Positions 47,951-59,200 of a stretch of DNA of 64,000 nt are shown here, in pieces. The stretch comes from Magallana gigas. Lineage: Eukaryota. The DNA is taken from the NCBI RefSeq assembly GCF_963853765.1, contig NC_088857.1, forward strand, positions 22,506,001 through 22,570,000, read 5' to 3'. The notes under the pieces were generated by a model, which made no database searches, had not been told where the DNA came from, and was given only the letters and a program-made list of their open reading frames with translations. Made by a program: the position numbers and the translations under genes. How positions within the stretch are numbered: position 1 is the first letter of the stretch; each line of letters starts with the position of its first letter.

Positions 47951-50900
47951 CTGTAAAATACAACATGCCATCTGTTAAGTTGATCAGTATAAAAATCAGA
48001 CAGGTACTGTCACTCAAGCAGCTGTAACCGTTTCCTCTAAATTTACAGAAAATTCATGTAATATTAGCATGCAAATTAATTTATAAATGGACTAAAAAAG
48101 GGCACCTAGATTGATAAAACACAACTGAAATTTCAAAATGTCATATTCCCTTATTGCATAAAAAACCACAATATAAAATATGCACGTGACAGTGTTTTGA
48201 AATGTATATGGTCAGGTACATACATAAATGGTGACAACTGGTCGAACATTCGTCTGATACAAGTATATCACAAAACTGTTAGGAAAGGAATTCTATAGAT
48301 CTGATTTCACATAAATCACTCAGCGGACACATATTCATTGATTAATTGATGAATAATTTGGCACATGTTAATTGATGACTTGATGAATAATTTGGCCAGA
48401 TAATACAATGTAATGTAAAAAAGAGTTAACAATTACTTTTGTGCATTTTTTTTTACAATCGTTAATGTAGCTGATAAATTTTGATTAAGATTAACACTGA
48501 CATTGATAAAAACCTTTCAATAAAACACTAGCTTAGTACAAATAAACGGGGTTTAAATTGATAAAAAAAAAAAACAGCCAAGATCTTGAATTTCTGTAAA
48601 AATTCTTTCATTCATTCTAAATCTATAAATTGCATGAAAATAAAAACAAAGAGAAATGAAAGAAAATTATGTCCTAGAAATCCTTGGCAATCAAAGCAAA
48701 TACTTAAATTTTTGTCTTAAAATGCAAACTTCAAATATTTGAAAAACTGATAAAATTGTAGATGTTTTTGTCTCTATTTTGCTGCCTTTCAATATTTCAA
48801 AGCCATCTATATTGGAAAAAATATAGATCTACAAAAAACTGGTCTCATGCATTTGAAACCAGGAAGCAAATATAAATATCACACACCACCGTTACGTAAA
48901 AGTAATTCCTAATACAAGTACTAATATCTTTTTTTATTTGTTTACTGTTACCTTTCATTGAATGTCCCCCTCTAAACCGAATATTTGTAATCCACAAAAA
49001 ACAACCCATGACAATTGGGTAAAATCAAAATAAAATAAAAATCCCTCCTTAAGTCTCTCCGCTGTGTGTATGACAGTTGTCTTCCATTGTTTGTTTATCT
49101 GCCTGCTAACACCGCATCTCTCATTGCTATGGTCACAGGCTTAATGCCACACAAAGCCCTACACAGATAACTGATGCAAAGAATTCACGCGACGCAATTA
49201 AAAATAAAATTCTCATAAACCATGCAGTCCTTGCGCCAAAAGTTAAAAAAAAAATGTATTGTCATGCAAGGCTAGTTTTATAGGGAGAGGGCATGAAACG
49301 CTGAAAACAAAAAAAAACAAATGAGCAAAACTTGGCTCTTTATGTTTCTACACCATCAATTATGATTTTTACACCTAACATGCATGTCTCTTTTTAACTA
49401 GATTTTTCTAGACAGATACAAAGCTTTCCATTAATAAGTCCATGATAGTTTTAAAATTTTTCTCATATAAATTTGACCACATTATTTCAATATTCAAATT
49501 TGAGAGTTTTTATTATGCAGAGATAAACCTCTAAAATTTTTTTATCACCTTTTAACATAATGTACGGAGCTGTTTCATGTTCTAAGAAGAGGCATGTAAT
49601 TCTAGAATGACAACTTAAAAACAACTGAGGTCATATATCCCAATCTCCCACGACTGACTGATTAAACATTTCCGTGAGCATGCAACTATACCTTTGATAA
49701 TTCATTCAATTAAGAAAAATGAACCCATTATATAATGGTATCAGTTTAACTGTTTTGACAATTTAAAATTCTCATTTGATACATATCCTAATCAGGATAA
49801 TGCCAAGGATGTATTGTTAACTTTGATAACTTTGCAGTATCTTTTCTAAAATTTACAGTATCAAAAAGCAAAAAAGTTGTATTAAAATGGGAAGGGCAAC
49901 ATTTTTGCAGCCAAGAAAAAAACAAAATACCTTATTCAATACAGTACTAGTAACTACATGTGATTTGTATTTTTTATTATTTACATTTTTCAGTGGTTTT
50001 GCCTGTGGTAACACTACGTTTCGATTTTAGTACTATACAGTCCAATAAATTCAAATGACATATAATTGGGGCACAAGCGGGGTTTGCTTATATAATATAA
50101 TAATAATAGTTTATTTCCAATTTTGGGCTCAGAGGGCATACAAGGTTACAGATATTAGATAGAAATGCCTAAAAGATAGATTCTACATATAAAAATAGTC
50201 CATACACATACATGAACTTGTAACATTCAAATAGTTGTACAATTGCTGAAAATTATATAAGTAATAAGGTATCATTCTTTGAATATTATGAGGTGATAAT
50301 TTTGGTCGGGGCGTGATCAACTCTATCATAAAGCCCTTCTGGATTTGATTACGCCCCCACCAAAATTATCATCTCATAATACTCAAAGAATGATTCCTTA
50401 TTCCTTTATTAACTCAAATTTTGTAAAAAAATAAGTACCGGTGTTGTATAGCAGTTTTTCCCCCATAGTAGCTTCTCCCCCCGGAAAACCTACTATATAG
50501 TAGACTTTCCCCCTGGGGGGAAAAGCTACTATATAGTAGCTTTTCCCCCATAGTAGGATTTCTCCCTCGCGTTTTTGGATCAGATTTTATAAAAAATATT
50601 TATGGAAACCCAGTAAGGATTAAAATCAATGTTTCTACACTTCCAGGTTGTATATCTGCATCCATCTGTCAGGTTAAGTTTCGTTTTGCCGATTTATTAT
50701 TTTTATAGACAATGCCGAAAATTGAACATGTGTATAATGGAATAATACGTAGAACTTAATTAAATTAGGTAATTAATTGAAAAAGTACTTGGTTTCACAA
50801 GATATACACTTACGTGTATATGTGAGTGAAAATGATTTGAGAATTTTGTAATAAATCTATCACTCCGTCTGCAAATTTTATTCAAGCTAAACCCCTGTTT

Positions 50901-51314
50901 TAGAGAAATTTTGTTTCCGATGTTTAAAATCCTATTATAATGAATATAGTGCATATTCTTTAGGGTGCCATTACTCATAAACTAGAGATAACCACATCAC
51001 CATATATTTACAGTGGCAGTGGTTAACAACTTGTTGATGACTCTAAAAATTTGAGCCCTCAGGGTAGGGGCCCTCATTGTTTCAGGGCCCGATGTTTAAA
51101 ACCCCATTATAATGATTGAATAGTGATTTATAAGTGGGGGCCCGAATATCAAATTATAGAGATGACCACTTAACCATATTTTCTCAGTGGTAGTGGTATA
51201 GCACTAGTATATGACCCTTAAAGTTTTAGTCCCCAGGGTAGGGGCCCTTAATGTTTCCAAGCCCGATCTTTAAAATCCAATTATTACGAATAGTGTATTT
51301 TTTAGGGCTATATA

Positions 51315-51353
<39 letters not shown>

Positions 51354-53204
51354 AGAGATGACAACATCAGCATATTTTTACGGTCATTAGAAAGTAAAAG
51401 CATCATTTGAAAATACACACTCACTTCTATATTTCCTTATCAAAATGGTTAAAAACTACGTTTAATTCTGCTTTTCTTTTTAAATTTACGAGCAAAAATA
51501 TAAAAAAAGGTACGCGGGTAAAATCATTATTTTTCAAAACATTTAATCAATTCATAAGATGACTAATGATATAATAAATAACTAAATAAATAAATCAATG
51601 ACTTTTTATTCATGAAAGTAGCAACCGAAAAATTGTATATTTATAAATCACTTTGCAAAATAAAAAGCGGGAAATTTTGCAGGCAGTGAATGATAATATT
51701 TACATAAGGTTAGTTAAGGCTCCATTTCACATTTTCCAGAGTGACCATCAAAGATACCGACTTTGTTCTGGTTGTAAAGTTACATTACAAAAATCTTTAC
51801 ATCATAAAACCTCGCGTTTCGTTAAAATTGTGCTTAAAGACATGAGTATGAATATGCGTGACTTTAAAACAAAATTGTAAACACTAACTTTACACATGCC
51901 TTTAATACATAATCAATTAAAATACCCCTTACCCATGATTTAGAAACCCATCAATCGAAGTAAAACATTTCAGTTCCTCATCATATCATTGCACCCTTTC
52001 TCTCGTTTGATATTTAGAAGTAGAAATATACGATTATATTTAAGATCGTCAATTCTACCGGTATTAAATTATTCTTATTCCCTTCCTCTACAAAATTAAG
52101 TCAAATTTAGTCAGTTTCCTGGGAGGAGCTTATACATAGATGATAGTACATGGGAAAAATAGAGTTCCAAACCGGCATATTTTCATTCAAATGTATTCTG
52201 ACGTGTTCTGTGAAAATGTCAATGTCATAACGTCGAAGTCAAAACTGTAGATAAACATCGATTGGATGAAAAAGATTCGAGGTATTCTGAAATCCATGTA
52301 AAAGGTGTTGCAAAAAGGTGCAACAAAAGGTGAAATAAATGGTGACGACACGGGAATGTTATGAAGGAGCGTGCCTTTGTTCATATCAGGGTTGAACAAA
52401 CCATGTATTTTATTCTATGCATTAATAAATGCCATAATTATCCTCTTATTATTGCCACTAATGGTCCGCCATAAACATGACCGGAATTTTAAAAAAGGGG
52501 GAAAATCTACTATGTAGTAGGTTTTCCGTGGGGGTAATCTGGCTATAAAAAGGGGGAAAACCCACTATATAGTCAGCTTTCCGTGGGGGAAAAACTGCTA
52601 TATAGCCATTCTTCCGGGGGGAAAAACTGCTATATAGCCATTTTTCCGGGGGGAAAGATGGCTAGGGGGAAAAGGCACTATATAACACCGGTAAATAAAA
52701 AATAAAAATAAAATATCTTAGACAATGCAAAAGAAAATTGATGCAAAAGATTAACCAATGCAAATATTACTCATTGACAAAATATGATCCTGAACCCTGA
52801 ACTGTTACTAAGCAATTTGCATTTCAATTTGTGGGTCATAGACCTGTTTTTTTTATCAATAGGTCAAAGGTCAAGGTCACAACTGTTAGTGTTTACAAAC
52901 TAAAATACTCATCAGAAACTTTACAAGATAATGATGTGTACGAATAACATTTTTATAGCTTTCCCATTGGAGTAATAGTTTTTGCCTGTCTGTGAATTGT
53001 CCAATACCAAACTAAACTGACTAGAGTTATTCTAATCTACTAGTAACTTTGATCTTTTTAAAAATCAGTCCCCACCAAAAATAGAAAAATTACCTATACC
53101 ATTGTAGTGGTATATATTTATATGCATGCATTCATGCATTGTTAAGAGGCTTATACTAGCATGTATGTCTTTGGGAAATATCAAGGATTGGAAGTTGCTT
53201 GTTC

Positions 53205-53239
<35 letters not shown>

Positions 53240-56200
53240 CAACAATCGGCATAATAAAATCAGCTTTATGGAGACATATACAAAATATCTGGACAATGAA
53301 GTATATCATGTAGATCCTTTATAAATAAAAATTGATTTTGCCCCTGGATATTCTTATTTTTATAATCACAGGATGATTTTCTCGTCATATCACATATTGA
53401 GCATTGCAGTTTTTGAAAAGATCCTAAAAAACTGTTTATAAATGGGATATAAACCTATACAGTGAACTTTGAACCCCTTGTAAGGCCTAGGAATCCTCCA
53501 ATGGCCTAAATCTCACCAATTTTATAAAATCAATAATATGTCAACATGCTTGCATTATACCATTTCAGTTTTTGTGAATAATTGGATGTTTTCCATTGTA
53601 ATATTGGACCCCCAATGTGGCCCCACCCTACTCCTGAAGATCATGATTTGAACAATCTTGAATCTACCCTAACTGAGAATGCTTCCACACAAGTTTCAGC
53701 TCTCTAAAAATTCAACCTCCCCCTCCCTCCCCCTCCCCCCATTGTGGCCCCATCCTACTCCTGAAGATCATGATTTGAACAAACTTGAATCTACCCTACC
53801 TGAGGATGCTTCCACACAAGTTTTAGCTTTCCTGGCCGATTGGTTTCTGAGAAGATTTTTAAATATTTACTCTATATATTCCTATGTAAAAATTCAACCA
53901 TCCTTGTGGTCCCACCCTACTCTTGTGGATCATGATTTGAACAAACATGATCTGGATGTACTTAAATAGATATATTTCAGAGTGTTTACTATAATTACTT
54001 GTCTGATCTTAATAAAAATTGCAGGTGCACATCTTCAGATAGATTCAACATATTTACAAATTTTCAGACTACTCCATGCAGAGGTTAAAATTCATATAGG
54101 AGGAACAAAATTGCGTCTACAGACAGATCGGGGTATAACAACAGTATGTAGCATGATAAATCCAGCTTAGTTACCAGAAATCCAAATGGTATCTAATCAG
54201 TTACCAGTAAATGGGGTTTTTTCTCTTTTATTTCTTTAGTAGCATTTTTCCGACCTTGACCTTTGACTCATGGCCTTGCCTTGAACAAATTAGTTTGTTG
54301 TCATGATGCCATTCTTTGTCAATGTTACATTTTCTTTTCTAAAGGACCTTAACAAGATCAAAATACAGTATTTTGCACAAAATGAAAACTGAATGAATTG
54401 AAGGATTCCAGAAACCCCTTTTATATAATTGCAAACAAAAAGAGACACTCTGCACACCACACTCAAAATAAAAAGAAACACAAAAAAATCTTTTCTTTTT
54501 TTTTTATCAAATTTCAAACTTCAACAAAAACAAATATGGCAGCAACAACAGTATAATTTGAAGTTCAACTTAACAACAAATCAAAAACAACAAAAATAAA
54601 CAAATTACTAATAATTTGTAAAGCAAAAGTGAAAAGAATATTAGCAATTTAAAGCATGTTCTTGAGACATTCATTTAAGAAATTTGTCATTTATGTACAT
54701 TTCATAAAAAGCATGCAACTTTGCAAGTTGATTTATTCAAATAAATATAAAAATAGCATATTATCAAATGCACATGCAATTATCAAGCACATTTTTTTTT
54801 TTCATTGAAAAAAAATCATGAAATAAGATAAGAAAAAATGAATGGAATAATGTCATCACCAATCATGGCTTTAATAATTGCTTTTGTGTTAAATATTAGT
54901 GCTATAAGGTTAGAAAAAAAGCCAAATATTCAGTCACATTTAAATAAGTATGATAAAAAGATCTAGAAAAGTTAAAGAAAGTGAGAGCAAAACTCAGTCA
55001 GAAACAAGCACATCCAGGGAGTTCTGCCTTTTGGTCCATTGAATACAGTATACAATCCTACATTGGTAATTATCTTAGAGATCAAATAGAATATCCAAAG
55101 AGTTCTGACAAAGCCTTGCTCTCTGTCTCATTGTAACCAGAATGAGCATAGGCAAGAAATAATTGACACTTCTTAGTCTTAGAATCTACACCTACTGTGA
55201 ATGAAAAAGTGTTGTTATTCTGGTCAATGTAGTAACCTTCAAGAAGAGAAATGAAGTAGCTGGGGGTTTTCCCTCTTCTAACCATTTTTTCCCATTTACC
55301 ACCACCCCCCTTTCTCAGTTTCGCCCAATCTTTACCTGGAGAAAATTCTCTGGATGAAACCAACTCCACTGGATCCATATCAAAGGCACTGTCTGTATCC
55401 AGTTCATCTAGAGTTGTCTGTCCCTGATCCATCTGATCACTGTAGACGTCACTGTCACCAATCAGAAGTTTATCACACGCTTCGAAATTGTCAGACAAAA
55501 AAATAATAGCACCATCTGACGTGGAAATCTTTCTTTCTTTGTCTTCAGAGTCTGAGGCATCTACATTATTGTAAGATCCCTGAGATTCAGTCACCATTTT
55601 TGACGGAAGACTGTTGACGCGTTTCATCAGAGACTTTAACTGACTTTGACCTTCGCTGTCCCAAGAAAGGTCAATGCCATCAGTGTCAACTGCACTTTCG
55701 CTGAGAGATGTGTCGCTTTGCGAGCGATGAAATTTCTCTCTAGCTTTCTCCACAAATTCACAGGCCTTTTTGGCAAGCGGATCACTAGGCGTGTACTCCA
55801 TATCGTCCTCGCTGGAATGTTTTGCTGCTAACTGTTTCAGTTCATCAAGTTTTGCAGTTAAATCAGCGAATTCATCAACAATATCATCTACTTCGTGTTC
55901 AATCTTTTCAAAATATTCTCCCGTTGATTGGCCTACTTCAGCAGATTCTGTAAAAATTTCATTTTCACTCAAACCCGACAAACTTTCTTGTCTCTCACAA
56001 CTGTTACTCCTTGCATATCTACAAGGTGATGCATCCGGAGAGGAATTTAAAGAAGTTGATGTACTAGATGTGTTAATTTCATGAAGTCTTTGGAGAAGTG
56101 TTTGTCTGAATTGACCATCAGGGCATTTGGCTCTGTGTAGAGGCGAGGAATCTATCTCGTCGTCATCAACACTTAAATTTCCTGATATATCTGTTGTGTA

Positions 56201-59200
56201 GTTACTAAAGAGTTTTGCACTTCCACTGGAGTGAAAAGGTGAGGTATGGTTTGAACTGTCTGTAGTTTGCCAAACACAAGCCGACTGGTCAGCGACATTA
56301 ATTTCATCACCAATTAAATCCTTACAGTCAGTTGCAGATAGATTTGAAATAAGATCTGGAATGTTCTCTGAAAATTTCACAGAAGGTTTTTGTTCACCTG
56401 CAAGTTTTTCCTGGTTTTGATTGTTTCGGTCATCATCTGATGGGGGAGTCAATAAAACACTGCTGACAGTCAAAAGATCCTGAGAACTAGACACATCTAT
56501 CTGTAAACTGTCGCCAGAAGAATCGTACAGGTGCGCCTTGCTCGACTGGAAATGCTCATCGAAGCCGTATTTATAGTTCCTTTCATACAAAGACTTAAGA
56601 CTGAGATTTCCCTTCAGTGACCCGCTATTCGGTTCTGCGGCACTAATGTCAGATGCACTGTGAATTAGTCTATCTACCAAGTCCTCCTGAACACGTGAGG
56701 AGCTGTCCTCATGAGGATTCAGAAGACGAGTTTCGTCGTCATCGGAACTTCTCCTGTGGGATCGCTGGTGTTTTGTTGGCCTCCGCTGTCGGACAAGTAT
56801 GGGACTGGTCGCCTGGTTTCTGGTACGACAGCTGCCAAACTGCACACCATTTACTGCATCATAGCGAACTGGCACCGTCTCATTGGAGCCAGAGTTTCCC
56901 ATCTCATTCTCCTCAACATCTGCCTGAAACATGAATTAAAGAAAACCAACCCATTAACATACCATTTGATAATTCATTCACTATCATAATTGAACAGAAA
57001 CATAATCTATATGCAGATATATCTATTAGTATATGATTCAATAAATACAACAAAAACCCTAATTAGAAAACTGTAGGTTAATATATTCAAGAATTGTTTT
57101 GGGTGTAGGTTGTTTCCTAATACTGAGGAAACATTTAAATTTGTGGGGGCCAATTTTCGTGGATTGTTGGGTTTTTGCTTATTCGTTGGGATGTAATTTT
57201 ATGGATGCTTCGGTTTTCACTTCTTTAGGTAAAAAAAAAAGCACGTTCAAAATTTATTATTGTCCAGGATGTATATTCGTGGGGAAAGCTACCTTCAAAT
57301 ACCACGAAAATTGAGCCACCATGAAATCTAATGATTTTACAGTACTAGTACAATATACTTCCTCACATAGATAAACTACTGACTGCTTCATAAGCTGACT
57401 AGTAAATAAGTACTCAAGCACTTTACTAAACCTGTAAACCACCATATCCTTATTGCCCATAGAAATCCTTGTCCTCACATTATATCTCCTCAGCAGTACA
57501 TGTAATCTATTTTACAGAGTACAGCACATGTTTACTCAAAAAATGAGATTGTTTATTTAAATAAACTTTATTTGACAATTTAAATAAGTATATTTCTTTT
57601 TAAGGAAATAATTCAGGACAACTTTATTTACATGGCTTCATTGTGGTTTTCCCATATCCATATACTAAAAAACATCTTTTTTCATCCTGTTCTAATTAAC
57701 TGATTTTTATTTTAGGCCTTTCTGGAAGTTGTCTGAAATAATTAACATGGATTTTACAAATTTCCAATTTCAATATGTCAGAAACCAGATGGCCTACCAT
57801 TTATATAAAACTTATAGTGCATATTCATGAAATCTATTTTTAACGTTAGGTCATTAAAGATGGAAGATAGAACAATACTCCATTTACTAAATAGACGCAA
57901 ATATGATAATAATCAGATCTTCTATGGTAAATATGTATGATGTCAAAGAAAAAGGACAATAAATGTCGCAGACAGAAAGGCCTGCAAAGGATAGGGTATC
58001 CTCAATAAAACTGGCCTGCTTAGCAAGCCACACAAACTGTCTTGGTTATCATTACAAGTATAATGCGGGTATGTCAGATGCTGTATCCTCCATTCCTGTG
58101 CAGTTCCAGTTGATCTATTGATTATCTGTATGTGTCATTACTCGGGCATCATTATACATTACAAAATGGTGGCTTCACTACCACGCAGTGTTCTTTCTGC
58201 GTACCGTAATAAACTGTTTGAATTCAATTTCACTTCTAGAGACAAAACACGTCAACTTAGTAATAGACAATGGTTCAAAAAGGTCAATGGTCAATTCTAA
58301 GATATCATTAAAGCAACAGCATCTATTCTATGGAATGAAAATCTCCTTTCAATGAAAAATCAACATCTTTAGACTTGTCTCTGTGATTAAGAAGAACAGG
58401 ACACCGTGTTTAACCAGCCACAAGTCACATGAGAAGATTTAATGTGACACAATGAGTCATGGAAATCGAGAGACAACCCATGAACAACAAATTAAAGCAT
58501 TTAATTGACAGGCAAGGTCCTCTTAAATTTTCTTGAATAAAGATCTGTCAATCAGTATGTGGAATACTTCATTAGTATTATCCACATGTACTAAAAACCA
58601 ACCAATTTCTTATGACCACAAAACAAACATTTCACAGCCAGATTAATGTAAAAGCACTCAGGATCTCAACAATAGGAACTGCATACGAGGTGAAGGTCAT
58701 ATGAACAATATCTACTGGAAGCTTATTTTACAGAGCCATAAATTCAGGTATAGCCAAATCCATTACAGTCATCATAGAATAAAAAACATCTTTGTGAAAC
58801 AGAGAGAGATTATAGACACATCTAACATATGTACCCCGACGACCAATACACATACATGTATTACACATTCTGACACACAAAAACATGGACAAAAAAATCA
58901 ATGGAGTAAAATCTGCCAAGTTCTCTGCTCAATACTCACGGTGCTTAGTTCACAGACACACAGACAGACGGTCCCATCCCCTCGACCTTAGTCATACCCT
59001 GCATTGATCTCGCTACATGTGACTGTAGCTCACAAAGTCTGAGTCCTTGACAATCGGACTTCCTGTCATAGTCGAAGGGGGGTAACTCTCAATTCAGACT
59101 GGGTGAATGAGAGATCAATGAGGAGATTTAAATCGGCGGCCAGACAAGGTGGATTTGTGATGATTCAACATCGAGAGAAAGCCGGCCCTGATATTGATCA

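Noticed and set aside
58655-58780. Intronic C/D-box snoRNA candidate (TGATGA...CTGA on the minus strand)
   Set aside because: No terminal stem and no recognisable rRNA antisense element.
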